Assembly (NCBI RefSeq): GCF_006345805.1
Contig: NC_042998.1
Location: forward strand, 206,150,001 to 206,214,000
Direction: 5' to 3'
Length of the DNA stretch: 64,000 bases
Source of the DNA: Octopus sinensis
Lineage: Eukaryota
The notes below the pieces were generated by a model. It saw only the letters and a program-made list of their open reading frames with translations. It did not search any database and was not told the DNA's origin. A program made the translations under genes and the position numbers. This document shows, one piece after another, positions 12,976-24,538 of the stretch (positions are counted from its first letter, which is position 1; each line of letters starts with the position of its first letter).

Positions 12976-15900
12976 GTATCTTGTCCTACATCTTGATGGC
13001 AGGTTTGGAGTCCTAGGCACCACGCAGTGGCGCCCAGTTCTGGCATTTGCGTAACTCTCGATGCCAAAGTTCAGGACACTTCCCTCCAGGATCTTCCAGA
13101 TGTATATTATGGCATATCTTTCCCGCCTACGCTCCAGGGAATATAATTTTAATCTCTTGAGTCTTTCCCAGTAGCTTACATTCTGCATAGAGGCTATCTT
13201 CTTTGTGTAGCTTCGTTGGATCGCCTCAAGTTCTGTGATCAACTTGACACTGGATGGTGACCATAGCTGAGAGCAATAGTCAAAGTGGCTTAGGACAAGT
13301 GTCTTCCAGAGGACCATCATGGTTTCTTGTTCTCTTGTTCTAAAGGTTCTAAGAATCCATCCAGGCAGCCGTCTACATTTCATTGTCAGTTTAGCAACAT
13401 GTACATGAAAGGTCGCGTCATCACTCATGTGAATACCCAGGTCACGCACTGATTGTGCCTCTGGGATTGCAATCCCTCCGGGTCCAGTGTATTCATGGGG
13501 TATTGCATTAAGTTTTGCATGCTGATAGTATAAAGCTTGAAACTTTCCAGCATTGAACTGCATGCTATTCTTTTCAGCCCACTTGTATATTTCGTCCAGC
13601 TCACATTGCAGGTGTTTAGTGTCCTCAGGGTTCTGTATTTCCTGTGAAACTTTGTATCATCTGCATAACTTGTGATCGTGGCTCTCTGCGTGGCTGAGGG
13701 CATGTCTGAGAGGGCCATTATGAACAGTAGTGGTCCCAGAACAGTGCCCTGCGGAACACCGCTCACTATTTGTGTGTTAATGGAGGTGGCCCCATTGGCT
13801 ACTACCACCTGACTTCTATCCTTCAGAAAGTCATGAAGCCATTCTCCCAGTTTTCCAACTATGTTGAGATCACGCAGTTTGTGACATATCATTCCATGAT
13901 CAAAGGCCTTTGCAAAGTCGAGATATATCACTTCCACATTTGAGTGGTTGAGCAGCCGTTTCAGCACCCAGTCATAGTGTTGTAGGAGCTGAGTTAAACA
14001 GCTTCTCCCTGGTCGGAAACCATGTTGGGTGTCGGGCAGCAAGTCATTCTCTTCAAGGAAGGTGATCAGCTTCCTTCTGACTATTCGTTCCATGACCTTG
14101 CTGATGTGTGAGGTCAGAGAGATAGGTCTATAGTTCTTGGCTTCCGCTCTGCTACCTCCTTTATGAATGGGGCATATTTTACCTTCCTTCAGTTTTCCTG
14201 GAAGTTTGCCAGCTGCAAGGAAGCTCTGAAAGAGGAACTGCAGTGGTCTTGCTAGGACTCTCTTACATGCTTTTAGGAGGATTGCCGGGAATCCATCGGG
14301 GCCAGTAGCTGAGTCTGTTTTCATTTCATCTATAGCCTTGGTTACATCGTCTTCTTTATATCGATGTAATCTATCGTCGCCGCCTCTGATTTTATATCTG
14401 CAGTGGTAAAAAAGTTAGTTGGATTGGTGATTGGAGATGCCCAAGGGGTGGAGTGAAAACACTCTTGAATTGCTCATTCAGTATTTCACTTACCCTCATT
14501 GGTTTTCCTGTAAGTGTGCCATCCTTTTCGAGGAGTGGCCCTATTCTACAGTGCACTGTAGCTGTTTCTTGGCATACCTGTAGAAAGCTCTGGGGTTAGA
14601 TTTTATGTTTTCTATAGCCCAGGCTTCTTTGTCTGCTCTTTCTTTTTCATGGGAGAGTTGCAGACATTTTTCGATTTCCAACAGTTTTATTTTTAGGTGG
14701 GACTTTTCACTGCTTTCAATCTGTTTGTTAGGCGATTTGAAAATTTCGTACGCCGTCTCATTAAAATTTTCCTCTCTCGGGGATTTTGTTCTTGTGTACA
14801 GTGGCCTTTCTCTCTGGGACACATTTGTAGCATATGGCTTGCATTACAGACATGAATTGTTGAAGTTTCACGTCGATGTCTGGCGAGGAGAGACATTTAG
14901 GCAGTTTGTTTGAGGATCTCTTTCTCAATTTGTTTCCAGTTTGCCTTATGGTAGTTCAAGCTGGAAAGATTTTGAGGGTTTCTTGTAGGCTGCATGTCCA
15001 TGCTCTCTTTTGGCCCGTACATGGTCAGCTCTATCATGTTGTGATCCGAGAGTAGTGTCGGTGTCACTTTCACATTATGGATGAGATCCATGTCATTTGT
15101 GAAGCAGAGATCCAGTGTGTTACCTGCCCTGGTGGTTGGAGTATTACCTGCTCCATGTACAGGGTGTTGATGAGGTTCAGGAGGGACCTCGCCTGTCCTC
15201 GTTCACATCTTGTCATTCCTGGGAGAGAAAGGCCCTCGGGCCATCTGACATTGGGCAGATTGAAGTCTCCCATAAGAAGCACACCTATGTGTTGTTCTAA
15301 TGTGGTTAGAATTTCTTCTATTTTTATAAGGCAGTCTTCAAACTTGCCCACATGGCTTGGGGCATCTGGAGGGCGCGATATGTAGCACACACAACTACAT
15401 CAAGTTGCCTAATATGTACAATTAGTGTGTCACACACCGAGTTTGAGTATGACAAGAGGGCCTGGGGTGTGAGGTCCTCACGGATGTACATAGCAACACC
15501 TCCATGACTCCTTTCTTTCCTGTCGGTCCGTAGTACAGCATACTGTGGTATGTGTAACTCCGCATCTGCTATGTCCGGTTTCAGGTGCGTTTCTGTAAGT
15601 GCTATGCATAAGGCTTGATTGCATGCAACAAAGTCTCTCAGGAATGGGATCTTTGTCCTGTTACTGAGTGTTTGCAGTCCTCTGATGTTCAGTAGGAGTA
15701 TCGAGGTGAGGTGTACGTTGTTGCCGGCGGTGTCCATCCTGTGTCTGTTTGCTGTGGTGGTCTGGATATAGTGGGTAGTCCCACCTGTGGGCTTGGGTTT
15801 GATGAAGCCAGGTCAGCTGCTGTACAATCTTTTGTGCCATGCACAAAAAAGATTGTTGCTCAGCAGCTGCTCTTTCGACAATCATGTTGGCTGTTTGTGG

Positions 15901-16594
15901 CGCGCACAACATCTGCGTACCTCCGCTTTGGGGCAGGTGGTGTGTGGTCCATCCCTTTCTTTGTGTTGATGGTTTGTCCATCTGCCTCGTGTCTTGTGGC
16001 AGGTCCCCGATGTGCAAAGCGGCAGCCTGCACCTTCCTTTCCATGCCAGCAGGAACCTCTCAGGTAGAACATACACACCCGTGTGCGCTGTTTGGTTCCA
16101 TCCTTTGCGGTTCCACTTCTATTTCTGGTTGTTTCACTCTTTGGTCTGCTGAGCTTTTTCTTTTCCTTTAGCTCTTCCAGTCCTTCTTTTAGTTCTTCTT
16201 CCTCCCTCTACCTCTTCACCGGGTTCTCCGTCTCCATGGCCCTTGCTGCCGGTTGGAGAACTTGCACCTGGGTTCACTTCCCGGGCAGGGTTCTCATTCA
16301 AAACCTCCTCCCGGGCGTCCACCAGGTGGGGGTGACTTCTTTCATCGTCTCCATTCTTGCCATCTTTGCTCCGCTCGTTCTCAAAGATGGCATCAAGTGC
16401 CGCCAATGTGTGACCGTACAGCGCATATGAGCGCACGAATTCCTGTCTCTTTCGCTCCATCTGAGAGCCGCTGTCCTCTTGTAGCCTCTGCTCTTCAGCG
16501 CAGCCGCAATCACCTCCCTAGGGCTATCTCCGCCGGCGCACTCCCATGCTCGTACGAATAAATCCAGCTCATCACGTCTCCATGCTCTGGACAT
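12976..16594 (-). mobile_element. CR1-group LINE family A, ORF1 plus ORF2 (APE endonuclease and RT), disrupted
   Basis: ORF2 from 15737: LLLNIRGL..IALTETHL..RTDRKERSHGGVAMYI (APE); GDFNLP; RT ATGPDGFP..NYRPISLTS..QHGFRPGRSCLTQLL..YADDTK. ORF1 region ~16594-15780. Multiple frameshifts. Confidence 0.92.
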
Positions 16595-16839
16595 GCACAT
16601 AAAATACACCAATCTGACCGTGGCCGTTGCCAGACCCGCCTGGCACCTGTACAGGTGGCACGTAAAAAGCACCCACTACACTCACGGAGTGGTTGGCGTT
16701 AGGAAGGGCATCCAGCTGTAGAAACATTGCCAGATTAGACTGGAGCCTGGTGCAGCCTTCTGGCTTCCCAGAACCCTGGTCGAACCGTCCAACCCATGCT
16801 AGCATGGAGAACGGACGTTAAACGACGATGACGATGATG
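16595..16839 (+). mobile_element. RTE 3' tail copy, head-to-head with the LINE A 5' end
   Basis: ..GGAAGGGCATCCAGC..CATGCTAGCATGGAGAACGGACGTTAAACGACGATGACGATGATGA. Confidence 0.85.
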
Positions 16840-16845
16840 AGATAT

Positions 16846-16887
<42 letters not shown>

Positions 16888-16930
16888 ATATATATATATT
16901 ATGTATCTCTTATATATTATTATATATATA

Positions 16931-16972
<42 letters not shown>

Positions 16973-16984
16973 ATATATGTAGAG

Positions 16985-17202
16985 ATTGGGGTCCACCAGG
17001 GTTCAGTACTCAGCCCCCTCTATTTATCATAGTACTCCAGGCAATTACGGAGGAATTCAAGACAGGCTGTCCCTGGGAGCTCCTCTACGCTGACGACCTT
17101 GCGCTTATTGCTGAGTCACTATCAGAACTGGAGGAGAAGTTCCAGGTGTGGAAGGAGGGTTTAGAATCAAGGGGCCTTAGAGTCAACCTAGCTAAAACCA
17201 AA
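16985..17202 (+). mobile_element. Internal RTE RT fragment without tail
   Basis: GVHQGSVLSP(fs)LFII..EEFKTGCPWELLYADDLALIAES..GLRVNLAKTK. Confidence 0.85.
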
Positions 17203-17375
17203 GGAGCTTCCACAGGACTAGAACTGTTTCATTCAAGAGAAATCATCAGGAAGCTAGTTAACAAGAATAGTTTTGGCATTTATACATTTAGGCAGGTTTA
17301 AAGGGGTGGTGGTGGGGGACTTTTTCGGGGTAGGCATAGCGCAATATATATATATATTATATATATATATATAAT

Positions 17376-17377
<2 letters not shown>

Positions 17378-17413
<36 letters not shown>

Positions 17414-20400
17414 TTAACGTCCGCTTTCCATGCTAGCATGGGTTGGACGGTTCAACTGGGGTCTGGGGAGCCCGAAAGCTGCACCAGTCCAGTCAGATCT
17501 GGCAGTGTTTCTACAGCTGGTTGCCCTTCCTAACGCCAACCACTCCGAGAGTGTAGTGGGTGATTTTATGTGCCACCGACACAGGTGCCAGACGAGGGGC
17601 AGACGGCCACGCTCGGATGGTGTTTTTATGTGCCACCGACACAGGTGCCAGTGAGGGCTGGCAAAACGGCCTCGATCGGATGGTGCTTGTTACGTGCCCA
17701 CAGCACGGAGGCCAGTCGATGGCGGTACTGGCTACGGCCACGTTCGGATGGTTTATTTATGTGCCACGTGCCACCGGCACTGGTACCACAAAGATACAAA
17801 TTCCATTGATGTTCATCTATTTTGATTTGTTTTGATTTGATTTTCACTTGCCTCAACAGGTCTTCACAAGTGTCACAAGAAGGAAGGTATGCACAGGTGG
17901 ACTGACTACGTCCCAGGTAGGGGCCCATGGTTATGGCCTGACTAGTCTTGCCGGGTCTTCGGATGGTGTTTTTATGTGCCACCGACACAGGTGCTAGATG
18001 AGGCTGGCGAACGGCACGATCGGATGGTGTTTGTCATGTGCCCACCGCATTGACTACGGCACTGATGGATTCTTGTGTGCCACAGGCACTGGTACCACAA
18101 GATACAAATTCCATTGATGTTCATCTATTTTGTCTATTTTGATTTGATTTGATTTTCACTTGCCTCAACCGGTCTTCACAATGTCACAAGAAGGAAGATA
18201 TGCACAGGTGGACTGACTAGTCTTGCCCGTCTTCAGCAGAAGGTGTTTTTATGTGCCACCGACACAGGTGCCAGATGAGGCTGGCGAACGGCCATGATCG
18301 GATGGTGTTTGTTACGTGCCCACAGTACGGAGGCCGGTCGATGCGGAACTGGCTACGTTCGGATGGTTCTCTTGTGTGCCACCGGCACTGGTACCACAAA
18401 GTGTGTGCCACCGGCACTGGTACCACAAAGATACAGATTCCATTGATGTTCATCTATTTTGATTTGTTTTGATTTGATTTTCACTTGCCTCAACAGGTCT
18501 TCACAAGTGTCACAAGAAGGAAGGTATGCACAGGTGGACTGACTACATCCCAGGTAGGGGCCATGGGTTATGGCCTGACTAGTCTGCCAGGTCTTCGGAT
18601 GGGGTTTTTATGTGCCACCGACACAGGCTGCTAGATGAGGCTGGCGAATGGCCACGATCGATGGTGTTTGTCATGTGCCCACAGCACGGGGCCAGTCGAT
18701 GCGGTACTGGCTACGACCACTTTCGGATGGTTTTCTCTTGTGTGCCACGGCACTGGTACCACAAAGATACAAGTTCCATTGATGTTCATCTATTTTGATT
18801 TGTTTTGATTGATTTTGATTTTGATTTTCACTTGCCTCAACAGGCCTTCACAAGTATCACAAGGAGGAAGGTATGCACAGGTGGACTGACTACGTCCCAG
18901 GTAGGGGCCATGGTTTATGGCCTGACTAGTCTTGCCGGGTTTTCGGAAGGTGGTTTTATGTGCCACCGACACAGGTGCTAGATGAGGCTGGCGAACGGCC
19001 ACGACCGATGGTGTTTGTTATGTGCCCACAGCACGATGGCGAGTGATGCAGTACTGACTACGGCCACGTTCGGAGGATTCTTGTGTGCCACCGGCACTGG
19101 TACCAGAAGCGGTACTGACTACGGCCACGTTCGGATGGATTCTTGTGTGCCACCGGCACTGGTACCACAACGCGGTACTGACTACGGCCACGTTCGGATG
19201 GATTCTTGTGTGCCACCGGCGCTTGGTACCACAAGGATACAAATTCCATTGATGTTCATCTATTTTGATTTGTTTTGATTTAATTTGATTTTCACTGCCT
19301 CAGCAGGTCTTCACAAGTGTCACAAGAAGGAAGGTATGTACAGGTGGACTGACTACGTCCCAGGTAGGGCCCACGGGTTATGACCTGACTAGTCTTGCGG
19401 GTCTTCGGATGGTGTTTTTATGTGCCACCGACACAGCTGCTAGATGAGGCTGGCGAATGGCCACGATCGGATGGTGTTTGTCATGTGCCCACAGCACGGA
19501 GGCCAGTCGATGCGGTACTGGCTACGACCACTTTCGGATGGTTTTCTCTTGTGTGCCACCGGCACTGGTACCACAAAGATACAAGTTCCATTGATGTTCA
19601 TCTATTTTGATTTGTTGATTTGATTTTGATTTTGATTTTCACTTGCCTCAACAGGCCTTCACAAGTATCACAAGGAGGAAGGTATGCACAGGTGGACTGA
19701 CTACGTCCCAGGTAGGGGCATGGTTATGGCCTGACTAGTCTTGCCGGGGTTTCGGAAGGTGTTTTTATGTGCCACCGACACAAGGTGCTAGATGAGGCTG
19801 GCGAACGGCCACGACCGGATGGTTGTTTGTTATGTGCCCACAGCACGATGGCGAGTGACTGCAGTACTGACTACGGCCACGTTCGGATGGATTCTTGTGT
19901 GCCACCGGCACTGGTACCAGAAGCGGTACTGACTACGGCCACGTTCGGATGGATTCTTGTGTGCCACCGGCACTGGTACCAAGCGGTACTGACTACGGCC
20001 ACGTTCGGCTGGAATGATTCTTGTGTGCCACCGGCGCTGGTACCACAAGGATACAAATTCCATTGATGTTCATCTATTTTGATTTGTTTTGATTTAATTT
20101 GATTTTCACTTGCCTCAGCAGGTCTTCACAAGTGTCACAAGAAGGAAGGTATGTACAGGTGGACTGACTACGTCCCAGGTAGGGCCCACGGTTATGACCT
20201 GACTAGTCTTGCCGGGTCTTCGGATGGTGTTTTTATGTGCCACCATGTTCCCACAGCACGGAGGCCAGTCGATGCGGTACTGGTTACGGCCACGTTCGGA
20301 TGGTTTTCTTGTGTGCCACAGGAATGGTACCACAAAGATACAAATTCCATTGATGTTCATCTATTTGATTGATTTTCACTTGCCTCGGCAGGTCTTCACA

Positions 20401-22361
20401 AGTGTCACAAGAAGGAAGGTATGCACAGGTCGATCGACTACGTCCCAGGTAGGGGCCACGGGATATGGCCTGACTAGTCCTGCCGGGTCTCTCATGCACA
20501 GCACACTTCCATAGGACTCGTCTTCAGTCATTTCCTTGGTGAGACCTAAAGTTCGAAGGTCGTGCTCACCACCTCGTCCCAGGTTTTCCGGGGTCTACCT
20601 CTTCCACAGGTTCCTCAACTGCTAGGGTGTAGCACTTTTGCACACAACTATCTTCAGCCATTCTCGTCACATGACCATACCAGCGCAGCCGTCTCTCTTG
20701 CACACCACAACTGACGCTTCTTAGGTTCAACTTTTCTCTCAAAGTACTTACACTGTGACGATTATGAACACTGACGTTACACATCCATCGGAGCATACTG
20801 GCTTCATTTCTTGCAAGCTTACGCATATCCTCAGCTGTCACGGCCCATGTTTCACTACCATGTAGCATGGCTGTACGTACACACGCATCATATAGTCTGC
20901 CTTTTACTCTTAGCGAGAGGCCTTTTGTCACCAGCAGGGGTAAGAGCTCTCTAAACTTTGCCCAGGCTATTCTTACTCTAGCAGTTACACTTTCAGCACA
21001 CCCACCCCGCTACTGACTTGGTCTCCTAGGTAGCGGAAGCTATCAACTACTTCTAGTTTGTCTCCCTGGAACGTGGTAGAGTAGTTAAGTTGTCTCTGCA
21101 CATTTCCAGTGTTTATTTCTCCTGAGCATCTGCCACAGACAAAAACTATTTCTTAGTTAGCCTTCCTTTGACATTGCTGCACCTCTTATGTGTCCATAGC
21201 TTACACTTGGTGCACCTTATAGAGTTTCTACGTACACCTTTTTTACAGATCGAGCAGGGCCATCTACCTGAAGTGTTTGTGGTTGGTCCACTTCCTACTT
21301 ATTAGACTTTGGTTTTGGCTAGGTTGATTCTAAGGCCCTTCGATTCTAATCCTTGTTTCCACACCTGAAACTTCTCCTCCAGTTCTGATAGTGAATCAGC
21401 AATTAGAGCAAGGTCATCAGCATATAGGAGCTCCCAGGGGCATCCTGTCTTAAATTCTTCCGTTATTGCCTGGAGGACTATGATAAATAGGATGGGGCTG
21501 AGGACTGAACCTGGTGGACCCAACCTCTACCCGGAATTCTTCACTGTACTCGTTGCCAACCCTCACCTTACTAGCTGCGTCTCTGTACATGGCTCGCACA
21601 GCTCTCACTAACCATTCATCTATCCCTAGTTTCCTCATTGACCACAGATAAGGGATCGGGGGACCCTGTCAAAGGCTTCTCTAAGTCAACAAAAGCCAGG
21701 TACAAGGGCTTACTTTGGCTAGGTATTTCTCCTGCAGCTGTCTTACCAGGAATATAGCATCAGTAGTACTTTTCCCTGGCACGAACCCAAACTGCATATC
21801 ATCTAAGCTAACTCTCTCTCTAATTAACTGGGCTATAACCCTCTCCGTAACCTTCATTACCTGATCCAACAGCTTGATGCCCCTGTAGTTATTTGTATCT
21901 AGGGCATCGCCTTTACCTTTGTAGCAGTTGACTATTATGCTGCTACACCAATCATTGGGTATGACTCCTTCGTGTATCACCTGGTTAACTATACGGGTGA
22001 CTATGCTATAGCCGACACTACCAGATATTTTGAGCATCTCTGCAGTAATTCCTGATGGGCCTGGGGTTTTCCTGTCTCATGCTTCTAATTGCCTTAGCTA
22101 CCATGGAACTATCAACTCGGATAGCTGGTCCTCTGTTGGGTCAACATTCGGCAGACTCTCTTTATCCCATTCATTTTCCTCATTCAGCAACCTTTCATAG
22201 TGGCGTCTCCAAGCTTCTCTCTTTGCATCCTCATTTAGCGCAAGTGAACCATCCTCCATGCGAACACATTTCTCTCCTACCACATCTCGATTCTCTCTCA
22301 CACACTGTCTTGCAACACGAAAATACCTCAAGTCTTTCATCCTCACGGCGCAGGACATTGG

Positions 22362-22366
<5 letters not shown>
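17378..22366 (-). mobile_element. 5'-truncated RTE LINE with tandemly expanded 3' UTR
   Basis: (CAT)n tail at 17378-17412; RT and C-terminus 22366-20480 (NYRGIKLL, QFGFVPGKSTTDAIF, ELLYADDL, RRLRWYGH); 3' UTR repeated about 8 times. Confidence 0.92.
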
Positions 22367-22410
<44 letters not shown>

Positions 22411-22499
22411 GTTATATATATATATTATATAGCGACAAGGGCGGTGCCCCAAGCATGGCCTCAGCCGGATGGCTGAAACAAGTAAAAGTAAAAGGTAAA

Positions 22500-22555
<56 letters not shown>

Positions 22556-22578
22556 TATATATATATAATATATATATA

Positions 22579-23511
22579 TCTCTTATTATAAAGGCAGATT
22601 TATCTGCCTCCCTTTGGGAGTTATACAAATCTACATATAGGATTTCTTCAATTATAATTTACCTACCATTTTTAAGAGTAGAATGCATCGCGTCATGCAA
22701 GGTCCAGTTTTAAAATTTTAAACTCCAATTAAGCAAAATTACAGATAGCTCACATTCTGGTGTGTGTGTCAAATGCTTTTCTTAGTCTGGTTTACACCAC
22801 ACGCAAACGCACACACACAGTGTGCGACGAATATAAAATAAGGAAATAGCGACAGAGTGATTGGAGGAAGACGAACTGAAAGTATTTAAACCACTACTGA
22901 AAAAATAAAAAAACACAGCAAACAGAAATAAATAAATACATAACCATTTAATCCTCACACAATTTCTTCAATTAGAATTTACCTAAGATTTTTCAGAGTA
23001 CTTCAGTGGGTGATGCCATAAAAAAATTTCTTTCAATTTTACCACCAATTAAGACAAAATTCGAAGAAAACTCAATATTTTAACATATCATCCGAAAAGC
23101 ATTGATGTACATGTGTGCGTGCATGAGGTGTGTTGTGTCATTCCTCACACACACGCATACACATACATATACAACTACATACAACTACATACACATACAA
23201 CTACATACAACACGTGTGTGTTGTTATTAGTAAAAAAGGCGCCAAAACTCAACTCACTTATCATTCAACACATTTGCAAAGACACACGGACGGACAGAAA
23301 AGGTAAATTAGTTTTATTTACTCTGTATTATTTTATATATAATATATATATAGATATATGTATATATAATTGCACTATGAAACAGTGTTTATGTATAAAC
23401 AGACGACACTTATATATAGTTACCAAGCCGCCCGAATTACCTATTCATATTTAAATGAGAATATCAGAGCAAATCTCTTTAGTACATTCGTGGAAACACG
23501 TATTATACTTC
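22579..23511 (+). mobile_element. Helitron-like element, 3' end lost at the gap
   Basis: A^TCTCTTATTATAAAGGCAG start; internal modules shared with 3029-3510. Confidence 0.55.
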
Positions 23512-23611
23512 NNNNNNNNNNNNNNNNNNNNNNNNNNNNNNNNNNNNNNNNNNNNNNNNNNNNNNNNNNNNNNNNNNNNNNNNNNNNNNNNNNNNNNNNN
23601 NNNNNNNNNNN
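23512..23611. other. Assembly gap (100 N)
   Basis: Run of N. Confidence 1.
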
Positions 23612-23979
23612 AGTAATGCAGGTTCAATGTTCAGAGGAATATTTAAAATTTGAATTTATTCCCCACTCTCTAAAACTGGGATCTTGTGAACTTTCTGAAC
23701 TCCTCTCTCCATCCTGTTGATTTTCAGACATTTTTTTTTTTTTTCATATTCGTTTTCCTACACACCACCTTTAGTCGCAGTTGGTTAGCAAGCTACTTAC
23801 CACACAGCCACTCCTGCACTATTTTTTTATATATATATATATACAAATATAATAATAAGAGTAAATAATTTCTATAAAGGTTTTTAAAAAAACCACAATT
23901 ATTTACTGGTAGAATTCTGTATGTAAATATAGCCAATTACCAGCAGGAACTTCTGCAAAGTTCAGTATATATAATTGAT

Positions 23980-24259
23980 ATAAGAAGAAGGACAGCAACA
24001 GGTTGCTTGACCGCATACCGAAAAATAGAAATAGCAGTCCAAGAATGCATATTTCTATCAAAGTGGACTCGGGCACGACAAACCCTGTAATTCAATATGC
24101 AAAACAGAAGGAATAGATATCGAAAACGAAGTCTGGTGGTTTATGTGAATTACAGGGTTTGTCGTGCCGGAGTCCCACTTTGATAGAAATAAGCATTCTT
24201 GACTGCTATTTCTGTTTTTCGGTATGCGGTCAAGCAACCTGTTGCCCGTCCCTTTTTCT

Positions 24260-24262
<3 letters not shown>
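23980..24262. mobile_element. Fold-back MITE-like element (~115-bp arms, ~50-bp spacer)
   Basis: CAACAGGTTGCTTGACCGCATACCGAAAAA..CCCTGTAATTCA (23996-24094) is the reverse complement of 24146-24244. Looser match extends to TA flanks. Confidence 0.85.
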
Positions 24263-24290
<28 letters not shown>

Positions 24291-24311
24291 TATATATATA
24301 TATATACATAT

Positions 24312-24502
24312 ACGCTCACTTCAAAATATCTAAAGAATACGCACAGATCATGAATGGCTAAAAGTTAAGTGAATCGTCCAACCTTGCTACAACTACCTTC
24401 TTTCTTGCACTTATCTTTATTCTTTCTCTATTCTTCAATTTCCATCTCATTGTATTGTCACTCATTCTTTCAGTATTCCCTCATTACCCTGTCTAGCTCA
24501 AA

Positions 24503-24538
<36 letters not shown>

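Noticed and set aside
17430-20480. CRISPR-like repeat-spacer appearance (also 42162-42496 and 45975-46240)
   Set aside because: The intervening sequences are themselves repeated, there are no cas genes, and the context is a eukaryotic LINE UTR.
23370-23720. ORF spanning the N run
   Set aside because: Artefact of the assembly gap.
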